DNA from: Flaccisagitta enflata | Taxonomy: Eukaryota | Assembly: GCA_965153355.1 (NCBI GenBank) | Contig: OZ231126.1 | Span: 41,726,001-41,790,000 of the forward strand | Length of the DNA stretch: 64,000 bases | Direction: 5' to 3' | Shown: piece by piece, positions 14,203 to 43,839 of the stretch | Layout: every line of letters starts with the position of its first letter | Position numbering within the stretch: position 1 is the stretch's first letter | Position numbers and translations under genes: made by a program | Notes under the pieces: model-generated | The model's input: only the letters and a program-made list of their open reading frames with translations | Told to the model about the DNA's origin: nothing | Databases searched by the model: none

Positions 14203-15339
14203 TATTGCCGCTGTCTGTTAATAACATTAGATAAAATCAGATACCTTATGTATAAATGTATATGTTGCAGTATCGGGAACCCTGTCGATATTGTTTTAAA
14301 CGAATGTGCACCAAGCATTTTATTGATGAGGCAGATCCCTCCCGGAATGAATAGCACAGAAATTAAAGCACAGAAATAAACATACATCCATAAAAATGAA
14401 ATTTCGTTTCTACTTGATTCTGTATCTATTTCTATCTCAACCCTTGGGGGAGAGCAACATGACTGTACAGACAAACACATTAAATCACAAATGAACCCAT
14501 CGTCAACTTACGGTAGCCTTTAAGCAAAAGCCGGAACAAAATTTACTTTAAAATATTTACATGTATTCAAAAGTAACTTGAAAGAGAGAGCGACAATTCT
14601 CAAAACCGGTTTTTCAATTTTTTATACGGTTTTACTTTTTTCTTCCATGGTAGTAGATTCAATAGCAAATAGACTAAAAACTCAGGCACTCCTTTTCTTG
14701 ACGTTTTTCCGTCGAATACTTAATCGACCATTACCTATTTAAATTAAAGCCTTATTCTTCACAAACGAAATGAAGTCGTTTTTTTTCGGGGGGGGGGGGT
14801 ATATTGTTTTGTTTTACTTAACCACCAACCGACTGACTTATTAACGGACTGACGATGATGATTAAAGTTTCAATAGGTTACTAGATTGGTTGTCCGACTT
14901 AACGCATGACTGACCGACCGACGGACCGGTTGAGCGACCAACCATAATCAATTTGTGGAACAACAAACTAGACCAACCGCAAATGACGTAAAAGGAGCGG
15001 TTGAAAAGATCCCATCCGTTTAATTTAATTAAGCCAGTTTCAAAAAATATATACAGACAGATAATAAGATGAAATAAAACATAGAATGGATGAATCTAGA
15101 AAAGGGTTTGGCATTAACTTGGTGTCCTCGATCCCTCGAGGCCGTTTTCTCGTTTAACGGGAATCCCATTTTATTTAAAACTTATGAAATGACATCATTG
15201 ATCTGAAAAAGGTACCAAGAATCGACCTCACCAAAGAAACGGCAACGATAAGATAACCATTTTCCTCTCCTGTAATTTCTTTAAAAATTGAACTCTTACT
15301 ATTTGTCGTTGTTTTTTTCTAGGGAAATAAAAAATACTG

Positions 15340-16882
<1,543 letters not shown>

Positions 16883-17302
16883 TAACAAACTCTTGAAAAC
16901 TCGATTGGCGCCGACATAAATCATTTTGACCGAATGGGACAACATTACCATCTCATGTTTCTGTAATGGGAATCCCGTTGATGTAAAGCTGATGACATGA
17001 CGTAATTGTTCCACAAGTTTTTGTAAAAATAGATCATTTTATCTTAAATTTACACCACTCCATGCAATGGTTTGGATAGTTTTTCATCATGGAAATGAAA
17101 ACAAAAAACTACTTGACGACCCACATAAAAAACTAACTTTATCATTGGAAACTAATTTTCCAACAAACAGTAAAATGGAGATAGATAGTAGAACAATCAT
17201 CTTGACAATTTCTTCCCATTTGTCTTTCCTGTGATTTTTAATAAGAGATTGATTTATTACATTTTACTGTAGTCTTTTTTTCAAGGGAAATGAATACCAT
17301 AG

Positions 17303-26182
<8,880 letters not shown>

Positions 26183-26490
26183 ACGCCGCGCTGCCTGATT
26201 CTCTAACGCTAGCTAATTGGTTTTGTCATGAGTATGAATGTGAATGTGCATAATTGCAAACAAAGCATTGTTGTTGACGTCGCCGCTGTGAAATTGTCTG
26301 TGCGCTTACATACATTTTGTATTTTTATTGCTCAATGACTCAATTACGCAATCCCAGATGCATAATAGATACAATATCATAAAACTGCATTCCTTCATGA
26401 CAGAAAAATTTCAACTAGTCCAAGCCCATAACTGCACAATGGGTAGAATGAATGACAGAACATACGTCAGTTGAGAATCAGGACTGAGTA

Positions 26491-26699
26491 TAGCGATGTC
26501 AGTGATGCTTAGTGACCTAGATATACATTGCAACTAGGGATGTGGAAGCGATTTGGCACTTTGAATTTGGTGAGAGGGATAGCTTCTTGTGTTTGCCACT
26601 CTAAAATGTCAGTGGAAGCGGCGGAAGTGGCGGAAGCGACGCTTTCACATCCCTAGTTGCAATGTATATCTAGGTCACTAAGCATCACTGACATCACTG
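26491..26699. mobile_element. Short MITE with ~55-bp near-perfect TIRs
   Basis: GATGTCAGTGATGCTTAGTGACCTAGATATACATTGCAACTAGGGATGTG is mirrored at ~26646-26695. Confidence 0.8.
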
Positions 26700-26743
26700 T
26701 TGTTAGGAATATACGCTCGTAGATAGCCAACCTAGATTCAGGC

Positions 26744-27954
26744 TGTCCATCTTCTCCCGCCGTCGAAACCATCTCTCGCCGTCGCAGGCTCGAGTCGAAA
26801 CTACCGTCGAAAGAAATTGTCAGCTGCAATTCGAAGATGTCTTCCTCGAATGTGTGCGCTTACGCGATTGGAAGAACAGCCGGCATACGGATTTCTCACG
26901 CCATCGAAACAATCACCGCCGGCAGATTCAAAACAAAGATACTGACTCACGGCAAGGAAAGGAAATATGCGCAGAGCTATTCAACAAAAACTGACAATAT
27001 TCAATGGAAAATCGGCGATGGTGAGGAGAAGAACGCGCGGAAGAACAAAAAGCACATATCAAACTCATCGCTTCTCGTCAACAAATTAACATTCCGGAAA
27101 AATGCTGCTCGGCGGATACACTACACGAGACGAGTTACGTGGCCGGGGAAACGAAGCCAACGGCAGGACAACTGGAGACGAACAGGAGGTTACGACGTCA
27201 GAGATAAGGCGGGCGTAACACAACATCGGAACCGGTTTCAGTCTACCTCTGGTGTGTTTTTAGGGTGGGAGCGAAAACGACTCATTTCTTACACAAACGC
27301 ACGCTAAGAAGCACTGAAAATTACCATAGAATTTGCTAACCGAGCTAGATAGGTCATGAAATTTGTAAGATGAAATTTAATGACAATTTTTGTTCTTATG
27401 TTTTCAATTAAACTGTCAACACCCATATTTTGCATGAATTGACTTGCATATGCCAGATTTAATATCCAATCCTTTATCATACAGCTGAAAAAATATGCGA
27501 AATACAATAAAAAACTTATTTTGTAAATGTACCAAAGCTCATTGAAAATTTTAAATTTGCATAGAAAATCAAAATATCAACAAAACAAGAACATAGCGCG
27601 ATTCCTAAAACTTAAACTGAGGGCGCTATGTTCTTATTATGATGATATTTTGATTTTTTATCCAAATTTAAAATTTTCAGTGAGCAGTTACTAAAATGAT
27701 TGTCATTATTTTTTTCACTTTTTAGTCTCATCAAAATCGAATTTCCTTCAATCTTTTTGCACTTCTGTCATTTGACAGTAACAGATCGGTTTCCTGGTGT
27801 AAGTTTACACATCTAAGTACAAAAAAATAAACACAAGCATTGACCTAAGCAAAGATAATAAAGTGAATGGTATCTTTGATCTCTGGGTAAATTCCTCTTA
27901 CTTAAATTTCAGTGCGTCCTAAGGGGTCTCCACGTTCGTTGACTTCCATCGTCG

Positions 27955-28024
<70 letters not shown>

Positions 28025-28050
28025 CCACAACCACAACCACAACCACAACC

Positions 28051-28082
<32 letters not shown>

Positions 28083-28257
28083 CAACCTTCTTCAAATTGT
28101 AGCTGACGGCTCTTCTGACATTAATTTGCGGCGGCGGGAGACAGTTTCGACGGCGGGAGAAGATGGACATAATGGAATTGACCACCAAATCCAAACTCGC
28201 GGATATTTTCACGTTTCCAACTTCGTCCTTTTTGAACGGTGGTTGGGGCGGGATAGT
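26744..28257. mobile_element. Unclassified element with 26-bp inverted repeats, bracketed by a 27-bp direct repeat
   Basis: TGTCCATCTTCTCCCGCCGTCGAAAC (26744) is inverted at 28144-28169; TCGTAGATAGCCAACCTAGATTCAGGC occurs at 26717-26743 and 28258-28284. Confidence 0.6.
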
Positions 28258-29294
28258 TCGTAGATAGCCAACCTAGATTCAGGCCTTAGTTTCGATAGTC
28301 TCTTTAGCTTCTAGTTCAGTTTTTACCTATTTCTTTCTGATAAGATTTGTAGATCGCTTCCAGGAACTGGCCCGATCATTTGGTAAGGCTTCTTCCGGTT
28401 GATTGATTGATTGATTGATTGACATGATCTATCGCACATTCTCATGATACTTTTAACATCTTCATACAGTCACTTGGTCGGTCAATCGATTCGACGAGTT
28501 TTCATATTGCGTCGGTTCCGGAGCATCTAAAAACCAATAAGTATCTTTTATGATATATTGATACAGAAAATGATACCTATTGGGCTTTTTGCTAAGACAA
28601 AAGTATCAAACAGATGGAAAGTCCTGTGAATGTCTTTCCTTGATCCTTGATGTTTTTTTCCAACAAAAAAACTTTAACAATTTTGAGATTTCAAAAACCT
28701 ATCATGATCATATCCGATTTGCACAAGATTTTTGCTGCATAACAATCATGCTTCCTAGTATTCCTGACTAAAAGTTTTATCAAAATCCATTGAATATTTT
28801 CGCCAATATGAAATATTTCATAGTATTTCTTATGTTTGAAATTTCTGGTAAAAAACATGAAGGTTTTGTATTCTAATTCTGATTCATACCTTTAGGGGAG
28901 CAGTCAAAACAAGTTTTGTTGACTTTTTGTCAATAAAACTTTTTAGTATAATGTTCTAGCTCACTTCGGTTCAAATCTCATGAGTCTGATCATGTATCTT
29001 GTATTGTTTTTCTCATATGGAAGCAGTATCAATAATTGTGAAACAGGTGTAAGCGCGACAACTGTACAGTCTGTCCTGATAGGGGTAAGGGAATTGAGTC
29101 TTGAAATTAGCCCCTCAGCATTGGGAAAACAGGGCAACAATAAAACTCCCTACTTTTGCTAAGTACATTCAACATCTACAGTGGAAAGAAACAAAGATAA
29201 AAGGCGAATGAATAAAAATTGCGTATCCAAAGCCATATGCAGAGGTGTTTACATTTTTGTCAAATTGTTATACATCGGATATACAGCGATAAAC

Positions 29295-34197
<4,903 letters not shown>

Positions 34198-34528
34198 AAA
34201 TCCTTTTAGTTGTTCGATAATCGCAATTGGCAAAGCGTACGTGACTTACAACAAGGCCAACGCCTATAAGTCGCGTGCGAGACTTACAGACTAAGAATGA
34301 CTTAAAATGACTTAAAATGACTTAGAATGACTCAAAATGACTTAGAATAACTATTAATGACTTAAAATGACTTAAAATGACCTAAGAGTTGATGTTATAT
34401 TACATATATTTTGTGACACTTATGATTCTCTTAATTTTGACGCCCTGACTACTGTGAGCTATTGATTTATTGTAATGGTTTCATGATATATGCTGCACCG
34501 TGTGTGCGAATACAATATCTTGTAATAA

Positions 34529-37500
34529 CCCTCACATGCATATCTTCAGTTAGCTGCGTTATTTCTTGTAAGAAAAAAAAAATCGTTGAGGGTGGCAAAA
34601 AAAAGTGATTTCTATGTAAAATTGCATCAGGATTCCATTTTGATGTTTTTAGGGCCCTACAAGGGGTCCCTAGAACGCAGACACAAAAATAGCCAAAAAT
34701 AGCTCATATTTTGGCTATTTTTGTTGAAAATTTTTGCTATATGAGACCCCAACCCCAAATTTTTGTGGTAATACTTCTTGATGTAAGAGACTGAAAAATG
34801 ATCATAATGGTAAGTGATGGTTGGGGTAGAGCCTAAAAAGGCCCAAAAGGGCCCGTAAAACATAGAAATATCACTTTTTTATTCATTGCGCGTCTAAAAA
34901 TGCTTGGATTCCTACTAAATTTGAAATGGAACTTCTCATTTTATGCAACAATGTTCCTGCAAAGTTTTGTGGCCACTTTTGAACAGCTTCATGTTGAAAT
35001 TATGCTCCAAAAAACCAAAATTCGACCAAAAAAAACCTCAATTTTGAGTATTCTTACATGAAAACACTATTTCAAGGTCCCTGAATCCATTTTTTTTTTG
35101 AAAATGGTTAGTCATGCATCTTGGGAGATCCTGACAAAAAAAATTTCAGCAGATATTTCCAAAAAATGGCCGAGTTATTACGGTTCAAAATGACCTGGTA
35201 AATGAAAAAAAAACACTAATTTGTAACTTCAAGGCTGTAGAACTGAAAAATTATACTAAAAGTACCTGGAAAATAGACAAATTAAAAAGAAAATGCATGG
35301 GGAATTCATTACTGGTGGTTTGGGGCTCTACAAGGGGGCCCCTGGAAACACACCCCAAAAAAAAGCTAAAATGGCCTATTTTGGCTATTTTTGAGAAATT
35401 GTCTTGTTTAAAGAGACCCAATCCTTCCAAATTTGTTTGGGCTATACTTCTTGATGTAAGAGACTGATGGAAAGAGAATCATGATGGTAGATGATGGTTG
35501 GGGTACCTAAAAAGGCCCGAAAGGGGCCCGTGAAAACATAAAGATATCATTTTTTATTCACTGCGCGTCCAAAAATGCTTGGATTCCTAAAAATTTGAAA
35601 TGGAGATTCTCATTTTATGTAAAAAGCTTTTGAACAGATTCATGGTAAAATTATACTCTCTCTCTCACTCACTCTCTCTCTCTCAAAATAAGCCCACTTT
35701 TTTAGTTTTCACATGTAGACACTATTTCAAGGTCATGGAATCCACTTTCTGTCGCGTGCACGCGACATTACAATCCGCTGCATCCGTCCCTCTGTCCGTC
35801 CGTCAGTCCGTCAGTCAAACATTATTCTTTTTAATACTTTTAGTTATTCTTAGTCATTTTAGGCCATTTTTAGTCATTCTAAGTCATTCTAAGTTATCAT
35901 AAGTCATTGTAAGTCATTTTGAGTCATTTACATTATATCAAGTCGCTTCTTATGTCAATTTGGTCAATTTAGTCGTATAAGTCATTTATTATCATTTTAT
36001 GTTGTTTTTTTAAGTTATTTTCAGTCATCTTAAGTCATTTTAAGTCAATTTGAGTCATCATAAGTTATCTATGTTCGCACGCGACTTTATAGGTGTTGGC
36101 CTTGTTTTTTCTAAATGGTTTCTCATGTATCTTAAAAGGTCCCAGAAAAATTTAAGCAGATATTTTTGAAAATGCTAGTATTGTTTAAAATGACCTGGTT
36201 AATGAAAAAAGTAAAGAGGCTGTTTGCATGAAAAATTCTACCAAGAGTAACTGGAAGAAAGTTAAATGTATTTAAAAATGCATGGTGAATCTATTTCAGA
36301 TGGTTTAAGGTTCCTATAAGGGGGCCCCTAGAAACGCACCAAAAAGACTTTTCATAAATGACCTGTTTTTGCTATATTTGGTAAAAAGAAATTTATCAAT
36401 GAGACTCAAACCTTCTAAAATTTAAGGTAAGAATACTTCTTGATGAAAGAGACTGAAAAAAGAATCATGATGGTAGGTGATGTTTGGGGTACCTGAAAGG
36501 CCCAAAACGGTGATAAAACAATGATACAAATTTTTATTCAGGCTTTTAAAATGCTTGATTTTCAAAAAATTGAAATAGAACTTTGCATTTAATGCAAATA
36601 GCTCACAGTTAATTTTTGGTTCCTTAATTGGAGTATTTCATGAAAAAAATAGAAATCCACAAAATTGCCCCCCCTCACCTCTGTAAATTCAATTTTCATT
36701 TTCATTTAAACCAGTGTTATTTAAAAAATAGTTCTCTCCCTTGTCACTCACTGCCCTCTTCCATTTTTATCCTCTGTTAATTTTTGTGTCTGTATAGTTG
36801 TAACCCACTATATCAGACCCAAGAGTAATGGTTTTAGGGGCCCTTTTTGGGGCGAATTTTGTTTGAGCATAATTTAACCATGAAGCTGTTCAAAAGTGAC
36901 CAAAAATTTTGCAGGAAGCCATTATTTACATGAAATGAGAATTTCCATTTCAAATTTTTTAGGAATCCAAGCATTTTTGGATGCGCGGTGAATAAAAAAA
37001 TGATATCTTTATGTTTTACGGGCCCTTTTTGGGTCTTTTTAGGTACTCCAACCATCACCTACCATCATGATTCTCTTTCCATCAGTCTCTTACATTAGGA
37101 AGTATAGCCCCAAAAATTTGGAAGGATTGGGTCTCTTTGAACAAGAAATTTTTACAAAAAAAAAGCCAAAATAGGTCATTTTTAGCTTTTTTTGGGGGGG
37201 TGTTTCCAGGGGCCCCCTTATAGAGCCCCCAAACCACCAGTAATGGATTCCCCATGCATTTTCTTTATAATATGTCTATTTTCCAGGTATTTTATATGAT
37301 TTTTCAGGTACTACAGCCTTGAAGTTACAAAATTGTTTTTTTTCACTTAATAGGTCATTTTGAACCGTAATAATTCCTGCCATTTTTTTGGAAATATCTG
37401 CTAAAATTTTTTCTGGGATCTCTCAAGATGCATGACTAACCATTTTCAAAATAAAATTGGATTCAGGGACCCTGAAATAGTGTTTTCATGTAAGAAAACT

Positions 37501-37535
37501 CAAAATTGGTTTTTTTGTCAATTTGTTTTTTTGAG
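34529..37535. mobile_element. Truncated duplicate of the piggyBac-like foldback element
   Basis: Same left end (ATAA-CCCTCACATGC) as 39547; right arm is cut at the duplication junction. Confidence 0.8.
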
Positions 37536-37827
37536 CCTTTTTTTCAGCCTCATGTCACGAGAGGGAAAAGTCAAGATGTTACAGAAATTAGCCCTAACTT
37601 TTATGACGCTAGCTTTTGCATTATACTCTGCTTGAGAGAGAAAAAGAGAGGGAGAGAGAAAGACAATATAAAGGGAAAGAGAAAGAGAAAGCTAGAGAGA
37701 GAGACTCACACACCCCCCCACACATACACAATTTCACACACACACAAACACACACACACACATTTACACACACATAGACAGAGAGAGAGAGAGACACACA
37801 CACACACACACACACATGCAAACACAC

Positions 37828-37864
<37 letters not shown>

Positions 37865-38632
37865 AAAGGCGAGGGAAAACGAAAAAGAGACAGAGAGACA
37901 GATTAAATGACAAAAACAGGCATGCAGTCAACCAAACATCATGAGATGCACATAGAAGAACATGCACTGAAAAAGAGACTCCCATTTACGACTTTTTTCC
38001 GGTCGGCGAGAGCCGCCTTTATTGGTATTTTGTCGCGTGCTATGCGAGTCGACACCCCGCTTTCTCCGTCGGTCGGTCGGTTGTTCAGTCGGTTGGTCGG
38101 TCGGTTGGTCGGTTGGTCAATCTGTCTGTCACACTTACTTTTTTATGATTTTTATTCTTTGATTTCACTACTGCTCAAATGATCTAGTGACCTCAAATGC
38201 GGCGCCTGCTCGCCCGCACGCAACTGGGGTAGCCGTGTATCCTGCCTTGTTTCCATGTCATCTTGATGTATTTCATGAGGTCGATTATGAATGTTTGATT
38301 GACTTGATGAAAAAATGAATGAACGAATGAATGAATGAATGAACAAACGAATAAATGATTCAAAATGGATGTATGAATAAATGAATAGATGAACGAATGA
38401 TTGAACAAATGATTGAATAGAAGAAGGGACGCGATAGTTACTGAATTACTGAATTGATGAATGAATGAGTGAGTGAGTGAGTGAGTGAGTGAGTGAGTGA
38501 GTGAGTGAGTGAGTGAGTGAGTGAGTGAGTGCTTGAGTGAGTCAGTGAATGAATGAATGAATGAATGAATAAATGAAGGAATGAAACAATGAATTAGTAA
38601 ATTTTTAATTTCTATTACTGAATGTGAAACAG

Positions 38633-39215
38633 TTTATTCGAGTTTCACGGGGTCGGCTTACGTTTGGATCCATCGGACGCTGATTTCGTGGATGTGATTC
38701 ACACGGACGGCGAAAGCATTTGGTGGGGAATCATCGGCGGCACTGCCAACGGCTACGGCATGGCGCAACCGTGCGGCCACAAGGACTTCTACCCCAATGG
38801 AGGCGCGTCGCAGCCAGGATGCAACGCTGAACGGAAACTACTCTTGCAGCAAATGCGGCGGATGCGGCAGGGTGCCGGTGCTGCAGAGAACCCACCAGTG
38901 TCGTCGTCGTCGTCGTCTTCAACGTCATCGTCGTCGTCTTCAACTTCATCAGCCAGGCGGATGATGGAAAGCTGCGATCACGATCGATCTCAAGAACTAT
39001 TCTTGGCGACCATCTTGGAGACCGGATGTCGATTCGTGGGTCGTCGTTGTAAAGACTGGGAACATTTCAAAGGCGGAAACTGCGACGAGAATGAAGAGGA
39101 AGTGATGGGGATCGACGCTTCGCCGCCAGACAGTCCCGAGACGAGGATGAAAGTGTACCTGAAGACGGGGGCCGAAAACCCCTTTTGCCTCGGCGATGAG
39201 GGCGCGAGAGGATGA
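38633..39215 (+). CDS. Duplicate of lipase terminal exon 5 (open frame; one extra Ser, Y>C change)
   Basis: Same acceptor and stop as 33618-34197; no duplicated upstream exons. Confidence 0.6.
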
Positions 39216-39546
39216 AAATCCTTTTAGTTGTTCGATAATCGCAATTGGCAAAGCGTACGTGACTTACAACAAGGCCAACGCCTATAAGTCGCGTGCGAGA
39301 CTTACAGACTAAGAATGACTTAAAATGACTTAAAATGACTTAGAATGACTCAAAATGACTTAGAATAACTATTAATGACTTAAAATGACTTAAAATGACC
39401 TAAGAGTTGATGTTATATTACATATATTTTGTGACACTTATGATTCTCTTAATTTTGACGCCCTGACTACTGTGAGCTATTGATTTATTGTAATGGTTTC
39501 ATGATATATGCTGCACCGTGTGTGCGAATACAATATCTTGTAATAA

Positions 39547-42500
39547 CCCTCACATGCATATCTTCAGTTAGCTGCGTTATTTCTTGTAAGAAAAAAAAAA
39601 TCGTTGAGGGTGGCAAAAAAAAAGTGATTTCTATGTAAAATTGCATCAGGATTCCATTTTTGATGTTTTTAGGGCCCTACAAGGGGGCCCCTAGAAACGC
39701 ACCAAAAAAAAAAACAGCCAAAAATAGCCTATTTTGGCTATTTTTGTTGAAAATTTTTTGCTATATGAGACCCCAACCCCCAAATTTTTTTGGTGGTAAT
39801 ACTTCTTGATGTAAGAGACTGAAAAAAAAATGATCATAATGGTAAGTGATGGTTGGGGTACCTAAAAAGGCCCAAAAAGGGCCCGTAAAACATAGAAATA
39901 TCACTTTTTTATTCATTGCGCGTCTAAAAATGCTTGGATTCCTACTAAATTTGAAATGGAACTTCTCATTTTATGCAACAATGTTCCTGCAAAGTTTTGT
40001 GGCCACTTTTGAACAGCTTCATGTTGAAATTATGCTCCAAAAAACAAAATTCGGCCAAAAAAAACCTCAATTTTTGAGTATTCTTACATGAAAACACTAT
40101 TTCAAGGTCCCTGAATCCATTTTTTTTTTTGAAAATGGTTAGTCATGCATCTTGAGAGATCCCAGAAAAAATTTCAGCAGATATTTCCAAAAAATGGCCG
40201 AGTTATTACGGTTCAAAATGATCTGGTAAATGAAAAAAAAAACACAATTTTGTAACTTCAAGGCTGTAGAACTGAAAAATTATACTAAAAGTACCTGGAA
40301 AATAGACAAATTAAAAAGAAAATGCATGGGGAATTCATTACTGGTGGTTTGGGGGCTCTACAAGGGGGCCCCTGGAAACACACCCCAAAAAAAAGCTAAA
40401 AATGGCCTATTTTGGCTATTTTTTGAGAAATTGTCTTGTTTAAAGAGACCCAATCCTTCCAAATTTGTTTGGGCTATACTTCTTGATGTAAGAGACTGAT
40501 GGAAAGAGAATCATGATGGTAGATGATGGTTGGGGTACCTAAAAAGGCCCGAAAGGGGCCCGTAAAACATAAAGATATCATTTTTTTATTCACTGCGCGT
40601 CCAAAAATGCTTGGATTCCAAAAAAATTTGAAATGGAGATTCTCATTTTATGTAAAAAGCTTTTGAACAGATTCATGGTAAAATTATACTCAAAAAAACA
40701 AAATTCGCCCCAAAATAAGCCAATTTTTTAGTTTTCTCACATGTAGACACTATTTCAAGGTCATGGAATCCAATTTTTGTCGACTCTACAACCCGCTTTG
40801 TCCGTCCCTCTGTCCGTCCGTCAGTCCGTTGGTCAAACATTATTCTTTTTAATACTTTTAGTTATTCTTAGTCATTTTAGGCCATTTTTAGTCATTCTAA
40901 GTCATTCTAAGTTATCGTAAGTCATTGTAAGTCATTTTGAGTCATTTTACATTATATCAAGTCGCTTATGTCAATTTGGTCAATTTAGTCGTATAAGTCA
41001 TTTATTATCATTTTATGTTTTTTTAAGTTATTTTCAGTCATCTTAAGTCATTTTAAGTCAATTTGAGTCATCATAAGTTATCTATGTCTCGCACGCGACT
41101 TATAGGTGTTGGCCTTGTTTTTTCTAAATGGTTTCTCATGTATCTTAAAAGGTCCCAGAAAAAATTTAAGCAGATATTCTTAAAAAATGCTAGTACTGTT
41201 TAAAATGACCTGGTTAATGAAAAAAGTAAAGAGGCTGTTTGCATGAAAAATTCTACTAAGAGTAACTGGAAAAAAGTTAAATGTATTTAAAAATGCATGG
41301 TGAATCTATTTCAGATGGTTTAAGGGTCCTATAAAGGGGCCCCTAGAAACGCACCAAAAAGACTTTTCATAAATGACCTGTTTTTGCTATATTTGGTAAA
41401 AAGAAATTTATCAATGAGACTCCAACCTTCTAAAATTTAAGGTAAGAATACTTCTTGATGAAAGAGACTGAAAAAAAGAATCATGATGGTAGGTGATGTT
41501 TGGGGTACCTGAAAGGCCCAAAAACGGGTGATAAAACAATGATACAAATTTCTTATTCATTGTGCTTTAAAAATGCTTGGATTTCTTCAAAAAATTGAAA
41601 TAGAACTTTGCATTTAATGCAAAAAGCTCACTGTTAATTTTTGGTTCCTTAATTGGAGTATTTCATGAAAAAAAATAGAAATCCACAAAATTGCCCCCCC
41701 TCACCTCTGTAAATTCAATTTTCATTTTCATTTAAACCAGTGTTATTTAAAAAATAGTTCTCTCCCCCTTGTCACTCACTGCCCTCTTTCCATTTTTATC
41801 CCTCCCCCTGTTATGAGATTCCTTTGTGTCTGTATAGTTGTAACCCACTATATCAGACCCAAGAGTAATGGTTTTAGGGGCCCTTTTTGGGGCGAATTTT
41901 GTTTGAGCATAATTTAACCATGAAGCTGTTCAAAAGTGACCAAAAAATTTTGCAGGAAGCTATTTACATGAAATGAGAATTTCCATTTCAAATTTTTTAG
42001 GAATCCAAGCATTTTTGGATGCGCGGTGAATAAAAAAATGATATCTTTATGTTTTACGGGCCCTTTTTGGGTCTTTTTAGGTACTCCAACCATCACCTAC
42101 CATCATGATTCTCTTTCCATCAGTCTCTTACATCAGGAAGTATAGCCCAAAAAAATTTGGAAGGATTGGGTCTCTTTGAACAAGAAATTTTTACAAAAAA
42201 AAAAGCCAAAATAGGTCATTTTTAGCTTTTTTTGGGGGGGTGTTTCCAGGGGCCCCCTTATAGAGCCCCCAAACCACCAGTAATGGATTCCCCATGCATT
42301 TTCTTTTTAATATGTCTATTTTCCAGGTACTTTTAGTATGATTTTTCAGTACTACAGCCTTGAAGTTACAAAAATCGTGTTTTTTTTCATTTACCAGGTC
42401 ATTTTGAACCGTAATAACTCGGCCATTTTTTGGAAATATCTGCTGAAATTTTTTCTGGGATCTCCAAAGATGCATGACTAACCATTTTCAAAAAAAAAAT

Positions 42501-43059
42501 TGGATTCAGGGACCTTGAAATAGTGTTTTCATGTAAGAAAACTCAAAAATTGGTTTTTTTTTTGTCAAATTTTGTTTTTTTTAGCATAATTTCAACATGA
42601 AGCTGTTCAAAAGTGGCCACAAAACTTTGCAGGAAGCTTGTTGCATAAAATGAGAAGTTCCATTTCAAATTTTGTAGGAATCCAAGCATTTTTAGACGCG
42701 CAATGAATAAAAAAGTGATATTTTTATGTTTTACGGGCCCTTTTTGGGCCTTTTTAGGTACCCCAACCATCACTTACCATGATGATTATTTTTTTTTCAG
42801 TCTCTTACATCAAGAAGTATTACCACCAAAAAAATTTGGGGGTTGGGGTCTCAATAAGCAAAAAATTTACAACAAAAATAGCCAAAATAGGCTATTTTTG
42901 GCTGTTTTTTTTGGTGCGTTTCTAGGGGCCCCCTCGTAGGGCCCTAAAAACATCAAAAATGGATTCCTGATGCAATTTTACATAGAAATCACTTTTTTTT
43001 TGCCACCCTCAAAGATTTTTTTTTTTTTTACATGCTAGCTGAAGATATGCATGTGAGGG
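39547..43059. mobile_element. Non-autonomous piggyBac-like foldback element with >1 kb modular inverted arms
   Basis: Ends CCCTCACATGCATATCTTCAG / CTGAAGATATGCATGTGAGGG; 4-bp TSD ATAA on both sides; arms built from repeated ~0.65-0.7 kb modules; HINE inserted at ~40775-41120. Confidence 0.85.
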
Positions 43060-43286
43060 ATAATGGCGATTCTCGCTCCAGGAAAAAAAAGTCGTGTTTT
43101 TAGGCGCGACAAAGCATCTCTATAACTAGCTGTGTCCGTCGGTCGGTTGGTCGGTCGGTTGGTCGGTCTGTCGGTAACGCATTCGTTCGACGATCCACAC
43201 GTCGCACCTTATTGGCCAACTTGGCCTTGTTTCCCTTTGCTTGTATTCTTCCTCTTTCTTTCTCTCTCCAACGTCTCCTCTGAGAT

Positions 43287-43351
<65 letters not shown>

Positions 43352-43683
43352 GAGAGAGAGACAGAGAGAGAGAGAGACAGAGAGAGGCTAAACGCACAAA
43401 ATGACTTTTTAGGTGCGTCAAAGCACCTCTATAACTGACTGTGTCGGTCGGTCAGTTGGTTGGTTGGTCAGTTGGTTGGTCGGCTGGTTGATCGGTAACG
43501 CATTCGTTCGACGATCCACACGTCGCACCTATTGGTCTACTTGTACTTGGCCGTGTTTAACTTTTTTTTTCACTTTTAGGTTGGTTTTCTCAGTGGGTCT
43601 GCGGAGCTCAAAATGGAAAATACATATGAGAACGGTCATTTCTGCCCCTGCCCAACCCTGTGGCGGCTTGTTATGATCGCATA

Positions 43684-43839
43684 CACTTTTTATTTTTTAT
43701 AAGAACGTCATTTTTTTGCTGAAGCCTTCAAAAGAGATAGAGATAGCTACTAATAGAATAACTATAATGTTCTTAATTTTGGGGCAATTTCAAGCCTTGA
43801 TGTTCTTATAAACTAGGTTCTTATAAAAAATAAAAAGTG
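43684..43839. mobile_element. Short Tc1/mariner-like MITE
   Basis: Perfect 23-bp TIRs CACTTTTTATTTTTTATAAGAAC; TA TSD. Confidence 0.85.

Noticed and set aside
26837-27307. 156-aa ORF as a transposase or recombinase
   Set aside because: No DDE, tyrosine-recombinase or HUH motif is recognisable.
36834-42939. Repeated MMVGVPKK... ORFs as a gene family
   Set aside because: Short frames within the repeated modules of the foldback element, broken differently in each module.
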